This document shows positions 28,400 to 38,483 of a stretch of DNA of 64,000 nucleotides, one piece after another (within the stretch, counting starts at the first letter, position 1; every line of letters begins with the position of its first letter). The notes below the pieces were generated by a model. That model saw nothing but the letters and a program-made list of their open reading frames with translations, had not been told where the DNA came from and did not search any database. Source of the stretch: Rhizomicrobium sp. (GTDB lineage: Bacteria > Pseudomonadota > Alphaproteobacteria > Micropepsales > Micropepsaceae); NCBI GenBank assembly GCA_036271735.1, contig DATAZZ010000028.1, positions 21,773 to 85,772 of the forward strand, in the 5' to 3' direction. The translations under genes were made by a program, and so were the position numbers.

Positions 28400-28630
28400 T
28401 TGACCCGCAGCGAAATCTGGCGCCTCGAGAAATATCTGCGCAATTTGTTCCGCCTCGACACGATCACCGTGGTGGAGCGGCCCAAGCAGGCGGATTCGGT
28501 CGAGGTTCAGGTCGCGGGCGAGTTCATCGGGGTCATCTTCAAGGACGAGGAAGACGGCGAGACGTCCTACGCGTTCAACATGGCGATCCTCGAGATGGAT
28601 TTGCCCGAGCCGCCGGCAAGCCGCGGCTAG
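28400..28630 (+). CDS. DUF3126 family protein
   Basis: LEKYLR..F, EFIGVIFKDEEDGETSYAFNMAILE; TTG start with GGAGA RBS. Confidence 0.82.
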   Translation: MTRSEIWRLEKYLRNLFRLDTITVVERPKQADSVEVQVAGEFIGVIFKDEEDGETSYAFNMAILEMDLPEPPASRG

Positions 28631-30426
28631 GCTTCTCGAAGCACCTTCAAGAACGCCGCGCCGAATTCCTGCAGTTTCTTGGCGCCGACACCGCCGACCT
28701 CGGCGAACTCCGTCTCGCTTTGCGGACGACGCTGCGCCATGTCGACCAGCGTCTTGTCGGAGAACACGACGTAGGCCGGAACGCGGCGCTGCTTGGCGAG
28801 GCGCAGGCGCAGATCCTTGAGCGCGGCGAGCAGTGAGGTGTCGTCGCCGCTGAGCGGCTCGGCGGAGGCGGTTTCGCGCGCCTTGCGGTCGCGGCGGCGT
28901 TCGACCGGTGGGCGGTGATGGAAGTTGCCTTCGCCGCGTAGGAGCTCGCGGCCCTTGGCGGTCAGCGCCATACCGCCATAGCCGGCGACATCGAGATTGA
29001 GAAAGCCGGCGGCGACGAGTTGGCGGGTCAGGGTCTGCCACTCTTCCTTCTTGCGCGCGGTGCCGGTGCCGAAGGCGGCGAGGCGATCGTGGCCGGCAGA
29101 GAGAATCTTTTCGTTCTGTGCGCCGCGTAGAACATCGGCGATGTGGACGGCGCCGTAACGCTCGCCGGTCTGCTGAACCGCAGCGAGGATCTTCTTGCCG
29201 TCGGCGGTGCCGTCGACCAGCGTGCCGGGATTGGCGCACAGATCGCAATTGCCGCAGGGCTCGCCAGGCTCGCCGAAATAACCGAGCAGTATCTGGCGGC
29301 GGCAGCCCGGCGCTTCGCAATAACCGATCAGAGCGTTGAGGCGCTGATGCTCGCGGCGCTTGCGGTCCTCGCCAGCCTCTTCCTGATCGATGAACATGCG
29401 GCGCATGCGGATGTCACCGAGGCCGAACAGCATATGCGCTTCCGCCGCCGCGCCGTCACGGCCGGCGCGGCCGATCTCCTGATAATAGGCTTCGAGACTG
29501 CCGGGCAGATCGGCGTGGAACACGAAGCGGACGTCGGATTTGTCGATACCCATGCCGAAGGCGATGGTCGCCACCATCACGATGGCGGGCTCGGTCATGA
29601 AGCGGTTCTGGTTGGCGTCGCGCTGCTCCTTGTCCATGCCGGCGTGGTAGGAGAGCGCCTTGATGCCTTGCTCGCAGAGGAACCCCGCAGTGTCCTCGGT
29701 CTTCTTGCGCGACAGGCAATAGACGATGCCGCTGACGCCTCTGTGACGCTGGACGAAGCCGAGCAGCTGCTTGCGGGCATCGTGCTTGGCCTCGACGGCG
29801 AGCTTGATGTTGGGGCGGTCGAAGCCCAGCACGATCTTGTCGGCGCGGCCGTCGAACAGCTTGGCGACGATGTCGCTACGCGTTGCCTCGTCGGCGGTCG
29901 CGGTCAGCGCGGCGATGGGCACGTTCGGGAACAACTCGCGCAGGCGGCACAGGGCCTCGTATTCGGGGCGAAAGGCGGGGCCCCATTGCGAGATGCAATG
30001 GGCCTCGTCGACTGCGATCAGCTTCACGTCGAGCTTGCGCAGCGCATCCAGCATGCGCTCGGTCATCAGGCGCTCGGGGGCGAGGTAGAGAAGGCTGGTT
30101 TCGCCGGCGACGGCGCGGCGCCAGGCGGCGACGTTCTCGTCACGCGGCTGCGACGAGTTGATCGTGTCGGCGGCGACGCCGGCGAGGCGCAAAGCGGAGA
30201 CCTGGTCCTGCATCAGCGCGACCAGCGGCGACACCACGATGGTCAGCCCACCCAGCACCAGCGCGGGCACCTGGAAGCACAGCGACTTGCCCGAGCCGGT
30301 CGGCATCACCGTCAGGACGTTGCGGCCGGCGAGCAGCGCGTCCATCGCCGCTTCCTGCCCGGGGCGGAAGGCGTCGAAGCCGAAGATGTCCTTGAGGACC
30401 TGACGCTTGGGCGCGTGGAGACTCAT
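28627..30426 (-). CDS. recQ: ATP-dependent DNA helicase RecQ
   Basis: MPTGSGKS, VDEAHCISQWG, QEIGRAGRDG, CRR..CGNCDLC Zn site and HRDC domain. Confidence 0.96.
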   Translation of the reverse strand: MSLHAPKRQVLKDIFGFDAFRPGQEAAMDALLAGRNVLTVMPTGSGKSLCFQVPALVLGGLTIVVSPLVALMQDQVSALRLAGVAADTINSSQPRDENVAAWRRAVAGETSLLYLAPERLMTERMLDALRKLDVKLIAVDEAHCISQWGPAFRPEYEALCRLRELFPNVPIAALTATADEATRSDIVAKLFDGRADKIVLGFDRPNIKLAVEAKHDARKQLLGFVQRHRGVSGIVYCLSRKKTEDTAGFLCEQGIKALSYHAGMDKEQRDANQNRFMTEPAIVMVATIAFGMGIDKSDVRFVFHADLPGSLEAYYQEIGRAGRDGAAAEAHMLFGLGDIRMRRMFIDQEEAGEDRKRREHQRLNALIGYCEAPGCRRQILLGYFGEPGEPCGNCDLCANPGTLVDGTADGKKILAAVQQTGERYGAVHIADVLRGAQNEKILSAGHDRLAAFGTGTARKKEEWQTLTRQLVAAGFLNLDVAGYGGMALTAKGRELLRGEGNFHHRPPVERRRDRKARETASAEPLSGDDTSLLAALKDLRLRLAKQRRVPAYVVFSDKTLVDMAQRRPQSETEFAEVGGVGAKKLQEFGAAFLKVLREA

Positions 30427-30532
30427 CGCCGGAACTTGCCGCAGTGCGAAACCACAAGCAATCGCGGCTGCTTGAGCGTGGGCGTGTCCGGTGCGATGTT
30501 TCTGTGTGGCGATTTTGTCGTTTTTATTTCGT

Positions 30533-31714
30533 ATGCGCTTGGCGGTTCTGGGCTTGCTCGCCCTGGCCGCCGCGGCGGCATTGTTCGTGGCGTTTTGGGG
30601 CCATGCGGTTCCGGTCGGCGCGGTGTTCCTCAGCGTGGTGTCATTGGTGATCGGCGGCACCGTCGCGTTCGTTTGCCTGCGGCATGCGGGAGCGGCTGCC
30701 GTGGCCGTGCTGGCGCCGCTTCCGGGGCTTCTCGCGGCGGGACCGTTCGCGCTGGCGGGCGGCGCCGCGTACTCGAATCTTCTGGCGGCCTATGCGCTGG
30801 GATATCTCGTCGCGATCTGCGTCAGCGGCGATATCGTGCGCCGGGTCCTTGAGGGCGCCGACGCGGAAACGGCAGCTCGTGGTGCGCTTGCCGACATCCT
30901 GCTCCCGGCCGGCGTCGTGATGCTGGCTGGCGCGGCGTTGGTCATCGGCTGGCTGTTTCGCGGCGTGCCGCGGCTTGGGTTGAGCGCAGCCGCCGAACTG
31001 ATCGCCGTGACGCTTTCTGCGCTGCTCTACACATCCTTCGCCGCGACTCTTCTGCCGTTCGGCGAGAGCTTCTTCGCCAACGCGAACCGGACGCGCGAGC
31101 GGCGCGAGAGCCTGGTGCGGCTGGCGGCCAGGGTGGTGGAGCCGCGCTGGGGCATGAGCCTGAGCGGCGCAGCGCTGGTCGTCGCGACGCTGGGCGGATT
31201 CGCGGCACAGCCGGTGCTGGCGCAGCCCGCGCTATGGGCGGCATCGCTGCTTCTGTTGTTCCTGGCGGCGTTTGCGGCGGGACGCGATTGGCGGGACGCG
31301 TTGGCGGCGACGCTGGCGCTCGCCACATTGATGCTGGCCAGCCTGATGCTGTGGGGACGGGTGACGCGGCATCTCACGGCGGCATCGTTCCTCGATATCG
31401 CGACGGCGGCCGCGGCGGCGCTGTTTGTCGTAGCGACGATGCTCTGGCGCATCCGGAGCTATCGCGGCGACATGGCCAATGTCGCGCGGCTGCGCGCGCT
31501 GGAGGATATGGGGCTGGCGCCGTGGTTCGGAGCGCTGGGCGGCGCGGCGGCGATCCTGCCCTGGATCGTGCTGCATGGGTCGATCGCGGCGCTCGCGGCG
31601 ATGGCCGTCCTGGTAGGGGCCGCCGGCCTGATCGCGATGCCGGCGCTGGCGACGGCGCTCGAGACGCTGATCCCGCGCCGGCGCTCGGTGGACGAGCTTT
31701 ACGGGCGCGGTTGA
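30533..31714 (+). CDS. multi-pass membrane protein, possible degenerate MMPL/RND TM domain
   Basis: About 12 hydrophobic segments in two similar halves. Confidence 0.65.
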   Translation: MRLAVLGLLALAAAAALFVAFWGHAVPVGAVFLSVVSLVIGGTVAFVCLRHAGAAAVAVLAPLPGLLAAGPFALAGGAAYSNLLAAYALGYLVAICVSGDIVRRVLEGADAETAARGALADILLPAGVVMLAGAALVIGWLFRGVPRLGLSAAAELIAVTLSALLYTSFAATLLPFGESFFANANRTRERRESLVRLAARVVEPRWGMSLSGAALVVATLGGFAAQPVLAQPALWAASLLLLFLAAFAAGRDWRDALAATLALATLMLASLMLWGRVTRHLTAASFLDIATAAAAALFVVATMLWRIRSYRGDMANVARLRALEDMGLAPWFGALGGAAAILPWIVLHGSIAALAAMAVLVGAAGLIAMPALATALETLIPRRRSVDELYGRG

Positions 31715-32457
31715 ACCGTCGCATTGGCCTGCGGCTTGGGCCTTGTCTTGAAGGTCACCAGCATCTTCTCGATGCCTTCGCCGATCTCGCGCCAGCGTCC
31801 GAGATGCTCGCGCTTGAAGCGATAGGACATCGCGACCGAGTGGGCGATCGGCAGGTCGCGCAGGCAGGTGGGGCTGGGCACGTCCTGCGAGAAGCGCACG
31901 CAACGCAGCACCACCGGGCCGTTGGCGGTCTGGCCGACGAACAGGTCCTCGCGGCGATAGCCGGAATCCTCGCGGAAGGTGTACTGCGTCAACCCGAACG
32001 GGCCGGGCGCGCCGCGCGGGTTGGTGACATAGGCCAGGTAGATCCGGTTCAGCCGGTCCGCTTCGGTCAGGTTCAGGCTTTCCTCGCGGATCAGCATGAA
32101 CACGACCGGCGAATCCGGCGTGTTGCCGGCAAAGGCGCTAGCCTCCCAGTTCGACCAGCCGGCCATGTCGGGCAGGATCGCGAACAGCGCCAGGTCCTTG
32201 CGGGTGCCGCCCTGGCGGGCGCTTTCATATTGCAGGTAGTTGGCGGGAACCCACAGATGCAGGTCGTGGACCTTGAGCGGCACCAGGTCGCTGCGCGAGG
32301 TCGGCGAGACCTGTTCTTCCAGGAAACTCGGTGCGCTTGGCGCGAGGTAGTAGAGCAGCAGCAGCGCCGACAGGATGGCGGTGACCAGGAACACGCCAAG
32401 CGGGATCAGCCAGCCAGAGCGCTTGCGGATCGTGCCATCGGTGTCGGAATACGTCAT
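31699..32457 (-). CDS. hypothetical single-pass periplasmic protein
   Basis: N-terminal TM anchor followed by a soluble domain with a Cys pair. Confidence 0.75.
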   Translation of the reverse strand: MTYSDTDGTIRKRSGWLIPLGVFLVTAILSALLLLYYLAPSAPSFLEEQVSPTSRSDLVPLKVHDLHLWVPANYLQYESARQGGTRKDLALFAILPDMAGWSNWEASAFAGNTPDSPVVFMLIREESLNLTEADRLNRIYLAYVTNPRGAPGPFGLTQYTFREDSGYRREDLFVGQTANGPVVLRCVRFSQDVPSPTCLRDLPIAHSVAMSYRFKREHLGRWREIGEGIEKMLVTFKTRPKPQANATVQPRP

Positions 32458-32738
32458 TGCCTTGCCCAAGCGCGACTCGGCGAGTCTCGCTCCCCATTGT
32501 TAACATACGGGGCGCAGCGATCGGTCGGATCAAGTGGGCGGGTGCGCCAGATTGTTTCAGGGCGTGGCGCGGATGCCGCTACGGTTCCCGCCTGTCGCGC
32601 CGAAAGTGTCTTGCGACCGACATGTTCCATAATCTGCCGCTCTAAAACGGCACAGAACGCGTGCCGGAAGGGCAAAACAACAGGCACACGGCCTGCATTC
32701 CTTCCCTCCCAAGCGCACAGACTGGGGCATGGGTCGGT

Positions 32739-33035
32739 ATGTACTACAAGGACATCTTCTTGGTGGCTTTCGCGACGCTCGCCGGTTTCACCGCCTCGGG
32801 CATCCTGGCCAATCTCTATCGCCTGCTGGCGACGAAGCCGGAAACGACCGCCGGGCGGGCGGGTTATATCGCGGTGATGGTGGTCGCCGGGCCGAACGTG
32901 CTGTTCCAGAACGCCGCGACCTCGTTCCGCGCCAAGGATTGTTCCAGCTTCGCGTTCTGGCTCGCCGCCACGATCTCGGCCTATTGGAGCTTCGCGCTCG
33001 GGATTTTCATCGTGCAATTGAGCCTGGTTTTCTGA
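32739..33035 (+). CDS. small membrane protein (DUF6949-like)
   Basis: GFTASGILANLYRL, VVAGP and WSFALG; three TM segments. Confidence 0.7.
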   Translation: MYYKDIFLVAFATLAGFTASGILANLYRLLATKPETTAGRAGYIAVMVVAGPNVLFQNAATSFRAKDCSSFAFWLAATISAYWSFALGIFIVQLSLVF

Positions 33036-33040
33036 TCGTT

Positions 33041-33168
33041 TCTCCTTTGTGGGGAGGTTGAAATCCGCGCAACGCGGATTTCGGGTGGGAGTGGCGCCGG
33101 GGACGGAGCGGCCCCCCAAACCCGACGTGCTGCTCCGCGCGTCGACTTCCCCACAAAGGCGAAGTGAT
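33041..33168. repeat. REP-like composite palindrome
   Basis: cctttgtggggaggttga...cgacttccccacaaagg ends, internal aaatccgcg-caa-cgcggattt hairpin; lies between convergent genes. Confidence 0.7.
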
Positions 33169-33170
33169 TT

Positions 33171-34979
33171 TCAGCGGCTCAGTTCCAACCCGCTCAGATC
33201 GTCCGTCGCGCGCCAGTCTTCCATCAGCTTGATGAAGGCGATCGAGCCGAGGCCGTAGGGGCCGTTGCGGGCCGCGAGTGGCGAGGGCTTGCCTTCGTTG
33301 TTGTAGTAGCCGGGGGTGCATTCCTCCTGGAAGCGCTGGCGCATCAGGGCGGTCGAGATGATCGTCTGGACCCAGGCGTCTTCCGACTCCTGCGATGCCT
33401 CGACCACGGTCGCCTGGCGGTCCTGTGCCGTCTTGATGATGTAGGCGAGATGCCTGGACTGCTCGTTCAGCATGTGCGGGAAGTTGGCGGTGAAGCCGGA
33501 CTGCGTGTTGCTGACGATCAGGCAGTTGGGGAACCCGTGGGCATGCATGCCGTGCAGGGTTGAGACACCGTCCTTCCACTTGTCGGTGAGCGGCTGGCCG
33601 CCGCGGCCATAGACCTCATAGCCGGCGCGGCGGGTGTAGGAGGTTCCGACCTCGAAACCGGTGCCGTAGATCAGGCAATCGAGCTCGTATTCCTTGCCGT
33701 TGGCGACGACGCCCTTCTCGGTGATGCGCTCGACGCCTTTGCCGTCGGTGTCGACCAGCGTGACGTTGGGGCGGTTGAAGGTCTCCAGATATTCGTCGTG
33801 GAAGCAGGGGCGCTTGCAGAACTGGTTGTAATAGGGCTTGAGCGCCTCGGCGGTGCGCTTGTCGCGGACGGTCTGATCGGCGCGGGCGCGGACTTCCTCC
33901 ATCTTCTTGAAATCGGCCAGCTGCATGGTCTGGGCGAGATCGACGGCGGCGCCGGCCTCGCTCTGCTTGCGCATCAGCGCGAGCATGTTGCCGATGATGT
34001 CGGTCCAGCCGTCATTGACGAGGTCTTCCGCCTGCGGCACGCCGGAGACGAGGGCGTTGAAATTGTCCATTCGCGCCTTCTGCCAGCCGGGCTGCAGCGA
34101 GGCAGCCCAATCGGGATCGGTCGGGCGGTTGTTGCGCACGTCGATCGAGGAGGGCGTGCGCTGGAAGACATGGAGGTGCTTCGCCCCGGCGCCCAGATGG
34201 GGGACGCACTGCACCGCGGTCGCGCCGGTGCCGATGATGCCGACGACCTTGTCCTTGAGGCCGGCCAGATTGCCGTTCGCGTCGCCGCCCGTGTAGTCGT
34301 AATCCCAGCGGCTGGTGTGGAAGGAATGGCCTTTGTAGGTCTCGACGCCGGGAATGCCGGGCAGCTTGGGGCGGTGCAGCGGGCCGTTCGCCATCACCAC
34401 GAAGCGGGCGCGCATCGCGTCGCCCTTGTTGGTCTTGACGATCCAGCGGCTCGCCGCTTCGTCCCAGCGCATCTCGGTGACTTCGGTCTGGAACACGGCG
34501 TTGCGATACAGATCGAATTTCTCGCCGATGGCGCGGCTGTGTTTCAGGATCTCGGGCGCGCGGGTGTACTTCTCGACGGGCACGAAGTTGAGCTCTTCGA
34601 GCAGCGGCAGGTAGACGTAGGATTCGATATCGCAGGCCGCGCCGGGATAGCGGTTCCAGTACCAGGTACCGCCGAAATCGCCGCCCTTCTCGACGATGCG
34701 GATGTCCTGCACGCCGGCCTCGCGCAGCCGGGCACCGGCAAGCAAGCCGCCGAAACCGCCGCCGATCACCAGCACTTCGACTTCGTCGTTCAGCGGCGCG
34801 CGCGCGACCGGTTTGACGTACGGGTCGTCGAGATAGTGGGCGAACTGGCCCGTGATCTCGACATATTGCTCATTGCCGTCCCGGCGCAGGCGCTTGTCGC
34901 GCTCGGCGAGATATTTTTGCTTGAGGGCGTCTGGATCGAAGCCGAGATCTTCGGTCGGCGAGGGGGCTTCGAAGGCCAT
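33171..34979 (-). CDS. Baeyer-Villiger monooxygenase
   Basis: GGGFGG, GGTWYWNRYPGAACD, YKGHSFHTSRW (FxGxxxHxxxW-type) and IGTGATA. Confidence 0.93.
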   Translation of the reverse strand: MAFEAPSPTEDLGFDPDALKQKYLAERDKRLRRDGNEQYVEITGQFAHYLDDPYVKPVARAPLNDEVEVLVIGGGFGGLLAGARLREAGVQDIRIVEKGGDFGGTWYWNRYPGAACDIESYVYLPLLEELNFVPVEKYTRAPEILKHSRAIGEKFDLYRNAVFQTEVTEMRWDEAASRWIVKTNKGDAMRARFVVMANGPLHRPKLPGIPGVETYKGHSFHTSRWDYDYTGGDANGNLAGLKDKVVGIIGTGATAVQCVPHLGAGAKHLHVFQRTPSSIDVRNNRPTDPDWAASLQPGWQKARMDNFNALVSGVPQAEDLVNDGWTDIIGNMLALMRKQSEAGAAVDLAQTMQLADFKKMEEVRARADQTVRDKRTAEALKPYYNQFCKRPCFHDEYLETFNRPNVTLVDTDGKGVERITEKGVVANGKEYELDCLIYGTGFEVGTSYTRRAGYEVYGRGGQPLTDKWKDGVSTLHGMHAHGFPNCLIVSNTQSGFTANFPHMLNEQSRHLAYIIKTAQDRQATVVEASQESEDAWVQTIISTALMRQRFQEECTPGYYNNEGKPSPLAARNGPYGLGSIAFIKLMEDWRATDDLSGLELSR

Positions 34980-35114
34980 GCGGCGGTCTCCCGGTGCGTG
35001 TTCTGATTTGTTGTCAGTATGCCAAAGCCGCGCGGAGAGGCCAGCGGGATTTTCGAAGAAAGAGTACGGCGGGCGCCCTCAGCCGTAACGGAAAGGCAGG
35101 ATGGGAGCCAAAAA

Positions 35115-35771
35115 TCAGAGGTCTTTCGCCGGGAACATGTGCATGTAGGGCTCGGCTTCCTTCAGCGTGCGCGCGAAGGAGGGGCGGGCTTTGAGGCGCT
35201 CGAGATAGGCCAGCGTGTTAGGGAATTCGCCGGCGAGCGGCACCATCTTGTCGGCGTAGAACAGTGCCGGCGCGGCGGCGATGTCGGCCATGGTGAAGTC
35301 GTCGCCCATCGCCCAGCGGTTCTTTGCCATCGCGCTTTCGACCATCGACAGCGCGGTGCGCATCCGGTGGCGCGCCTCGGCGACGCCGGCAGGGTCCTTC
35401 TGATCCTTGGCGCGCAGACGATCGCCGGTCACTTTCTGCATATGAGCGTGGATGTGCTGATCGAAGAAGCGGTCGCGCATGCGGACCTGACGCGCCTTGT
35501 CGGCGTCCTCGGGCACGAGCTTGCTCGGGCCGGGGTAATGCTGGGCGAGGTATTCGATGATGATGCTCGATTCCGGCACGAAGAAGTCGCGCGTGGTGTC
35601 TTCGAGCACCGGGAATTTTCCGATAGGCCACAGCTTGTAGAACGCTTCGCGCTCGGCGGTGTCGCCGAGGTTGACGAGGAGGGGCTCGAACGGCGTGTCG
35701 TTCTCGTAGAGCGCGATCAGCGGCTTCCAGCAGAACGATGACAGCGGGTGGTAATAGAGCTTGAGCGACAC
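35115..35771 (-). CDS. glutathione S-transferase
   Basis: PIGKFPVL, ESSIIIEYL and FTMADI. Confidence 0.92.
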   Translation of the reverse strand: MSLKLYYHPLSSFCWKPLIALYENDTPFEPLLVNLGDTAEREAFYKLWPIGKFPVLEDTTRDFFVPESSIIIEYLAQHYPGPSKLVPEDADKARQVRMRDRFFDQHIHAHMQKVTGDRLRAKDQKDPAGVAEARHRMRTALSMVESAMAKNRWAMGDDFTMADIAAAPALFYADKMVPLAGEFPNTLAYLERLKARPSFARTLKEAEPYMHMFPAKDL

Positions 35772-35788
35772 GCCGTGGGCCTTTCCGG

Positions 35789-36418
35789 TCAGTTCTTGTT
35801 GTCGAACTCGGTATCGATCACGAGCTGGATCGGGTCCTTGAAGAACGGGCCCATGTCGTAATCCTGCGGATTGATCGCGCCTTCTGCGTGGATGCCGATG
35901 ACATGACCCATCACCGGGCCGCCGGCGAAGCCGGGACCGGCGCCGACCAGCGTCACGTCGAAGGTGAGGGGTTTGGTCTTGCCCTTGAGAGTGAAAGTGC
36001 CGCTGACCGTGCCGTGGGTCGCGTCGGTCTTGTGGAACGCGGTCGAGACGAAGGTCGCCTGCGGAAACTGACCGGCGTTGAGGTATTTGGGACCGGCGAG
36101 CTCGGCCGCGAAACCGGGCACGTTGGAGGCGATCGAGGCGGTCTCGACCGTGGCGCTGAGCTGTGACTTGTCGATCGCCTTGGGATCCCAGGTCAGCTTG
36201 GCCGTGACCTTCTCGAAACGGAAGATGCTGATCGAAAAGCCCAGATGCGAGACGCGCGCGATGAGGCCGACATGGTTGCTGTCCAACGTGTAGTCGCCGG
36301 CGATGGCGGTGCTGACGTCCTTGCCGCCATGCGGGATGACCATAGGCGCGGGATCGGCGGCGAAGGCGGACGTGGCGGCAAAGGCCAGCGCGGCGCCGGC
36401 GAGCAATATGCGTTTCAT
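35789..36418 (-). CDS. YceI family protein
   Basis: Signal peptide, YTLDSNH, SHLGFS, FPQATFVS and GTFTLKG. Confidence 0.9.
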   Translation of the reverse strand: MKRILLAGAALAFAATSAFAADPAPMVIPHGGKDVSTAIAGDYTLDSNHVGLIARVSHLGFSISIFRFEKVTAKLTWDPKAIDKSQLSATVETASIASNVPGFAAELAGPKYLNAGQFPQATFVSTAFHKTDATHGTVSGTFTLKGKTKPLTFDVTLVGAGPGFAGGPVMGHVIGIHAEGAINPQDYDMGPFFKDPIQLVIDTEFDNKN

Positions 36419-36461
36419 GGGACGGTCCTTTGATGATGGGCCACTGTTATACCGCGTGCAC

Positions 36462-36929
36462 CTATAGGCTGGCGAGGAGGTCGCGCAGACGGTCGAGGCT
36501 GCCGTTCCAGCCGGCGGACATGTCGGAGACGGGGACCTGGAAGTCGCGGGCGCCGGTTTGCACGACGACGTTGAGCGTCACTTTTGTCTTGCCGCCGACC
36601 TCTTCGAAGATCACCGTGTTGTGATTGACGAACTGCCAGCTGCCGTCAGGGTCCTTAAAGGCCTTGGAGAGGAAGACGAGGCGGCGCGGCGGATCGATCT
36701 CGAGGAATTCGCCGCCCATCGGGTGGTCGAAGCCGGGGCCGCGCATCTGGACGAAGATCTCGCCGCCGGGACGGACGTCGAGCCGCGTCTCGCCATTGTC
36801 CGAGCCGGCGGGTCCCCACCAGGCTTTGAAATGCTTTTCGTCGGTCCACATCTGGAAGACGAGATCGCGCGGCGCGTCGAAGATGCGCGTGATGTCGAGC
36901 TTGGTGCCTGTCTGGACGATGTCGGCCAT
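36462..36929 (-). CDS. SRPBCC/AHSA1 domain protein
   Basis: RIFDAPRDLVF..WT, WWGP, DVRPGG and GWNGSLDRL. Confidence 0.9.
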   Translation of the reverse strand: MADIVQTGTKLDITRIFDAPRDLVFQMWTDEKHFKAWWGPAGSDNGETRLDVRPGGEIFVQMRGPGFDHPMGGEFLEIDPPRRLVFLSKAFKDPDGSWQFVNHNTVIFEEVGGKTKVTLNVVVQTGARDFQVPVSDMSAGWNGSLDRLRDLLASL

Positions 36930-36950
36930 GATGTCCTCCCGGTTTTGCTT

Positions 36951-37433
36951 TTACGGGCTCGCAAGCTTGGCGAGGTAAGTTTCAAGATGGTTGAGCGTCT
37001 GCGTGCCGCCTTCGACGGCATGCACGGTGCGTATCAGGTGATCGCGCACGGCGAGCGAAGGGAAGCGCGAATGCATGGTGAGGCGCGTCTTGCCGGCCTC
37101 GTCGGCGAAGGTGACGGTGACGTGGAACTGGTCGGCGTCGCCGGGCTCGCCATGGCTGTAGACGAGGCGTTCGGGACGCACGACCTCGTGATAGGTGATC
37201 TTGTTGTCCCAGTCCTTGCCGTCGGGGCCGTGCATCACGAAATCCCAGGTTCCGCCGGGCGCGACGCGCATCGCGTGGTTGGTGATGGTGAAGCCGTCCG
37301 GTCCCCACCAGTTCGCCAGATGTTTGGGGTCGGTCCACACTTGCCAGACGAGGTCGCGCGGCGCGTCGAGCAGGCGCTCGAAGGCGATGATGGGCTCGTC
37401 GGCAGGGACGAAGGTCTTACCTTTTGCGGCCAC
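36951..37433 (-). CDS. SRPBCC/AHSA1 domain protein
   Basis: RLLDAPRDLVW, WWGPDGFT and MHGPDG; GTG start overlaps the ArsR gene end. Confidence 0.9.
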   Translation of the reverse strand: MAAKGKTFVPADEPIIAFERLLDAPRDLVWQVWTDPKHLANWWGPDGFTITNHAMRVAPGGTWDFVMHGPDGKDWDNKITYHEVVRPERLVYSHGEPGDADQFHVTVTFADEAGKTRLTMHSRFPSLAVRDHLIRTVHAVEGGTQTLNHLETYLAKLASP

Positions 37434-37761
37434 GTTTCTTCCCCTTTGCTTGCAGTTCCTGGAGATAGGCGTCGAGCCGGTCGAAGCGCGCATTCCATAG
37501 CTGGCGATATTCCTCGAGCCAGGTATCGACGGTCATGAGAGCCTTCGGCTCGAGCTTGCAGGGCCGCCACTGCGCGTCGCGGCTGCGCGTGATGAGGCCG
37601 GCGTGTTCAAGCACTTTGAGGTGCTTGGAGATGCCGGGGAGGGAGATGTCGAAGGGTTCCGCGAGTTCGGTGACCGAGCGCTCGCCCAGTGCGAGCTGTG
37701 CGAGGATCGCGCGCCTTGTTGGGTCGGCGAGGGCCTGAAAGGTCGTGGAAAGCTGGTCCAT
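37417..37761 (-). CDS. ArsR/SmtB family regulator
   Basis: FQALADPTRRAIL and SKHLKVLEHAGLI. Confidence 0.93.
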   Translation of the reverse strand: MDQLSTTFQALADPTRRAILAQLALGERSVTELAEPFDISLPGISKHLKVLEHAGLITRSRDAQWRPCKLEPKALMTVDTWLEEYRQLWNARFDRLDAYLQELQAKGKKRGRKR

Positions 37762-37834
37762 ACTTCACCAAGTAGCTAATTAACTGGATAGATAAATACG
37801 GGACGCGAGTCAAGCGTTGCGCGTGCGTTCGGGA

Positions 37835-38404
37835 TCAGGCTTCGGGGTAGGGGCGTTCGGCGGGCAGCAGGGTGCGGGCGTCGTCGAGCTTGCCGGCTTT
37901 CACCAAGGCATGGACCGCATGCGCGGTGCCGGTCACCTCGGCGATGCGTTTGATCCATTCGCCGGCGTAGAGCCGGACGGCGTCTTTGCTGAGCCCGATC
38001 TGGATGGCGCGGTGCGGCAGTGGATTGTGGTGCATGTCGCGCTCGGGATCCCATTGTACGCGCACGGGCGAGGCATCCTTGAGCGCTGTCCACGCAGCGT
38101 CGCTCATGCCAGGCGGCGGATGGCTGGCGCAGCTGTGCGACAGCGCCCAGGCGAAACCGTCGTGTGTGATGTCGATGGCGAGGATGCGGCGCTGGCCGTC
38201 GTCCTTAAAGCCCCAGCCGGCGCGATACATCATCCAGAGGAAAGATGGCTTGATCCAGGTCATGCGCGTCATGCTGAAAGGCGGCGAGACGAAAGTGCCG
38301 TTTGCGAGCGCGGCATCGGCGATCGCATCGCCATAGGCCTGATAGACGCGGATGGTGTCGGCGTCATAGACGGCGCGGATTTGTTGTTGTGGGATTTCTT
38401 GCAT
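37835..38404 (-). CDS. DUF4291 family protein
   Basis: IRVYQAY, RMTWIKPSFLWMMYR and VRVQWDPERD. Confidence 0.88.
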   Translation of the reverse strand: MQEIPQQQIRAVYDADTIRVYQAYGDAIADAALANGTFVSPPFSMTRMTWIKPSFLWMMYRAGWGFKDDGQRRILAIDITHDGFAWALSHSCASHPPPGMSDAAWTALKDASPVRVQWDPERDMHHNPLPHRAIQIGLSKDAVRLYAGEWIKRIAEVTGTAHAVHALVKAGKLDDARTLLPAERPYPEA

Positions 38405-38445
38405 GCGCCGAATATCGCATGGCGGCGGCGCGGCGGAAACACGCT

Positions 38446-38473
38446 TGCCATCCCCGGCGAACCGGGGATGGCA
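38446..38473. terminator. hairpin downstream of phoH
   Basis: TGCCATCCCCGG-cgaa-CCGGGGATGGCA, perfect 12-bp stem. Confidence 0.6.
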
Positions 38474-38483
38474 GTGCGCAGTT

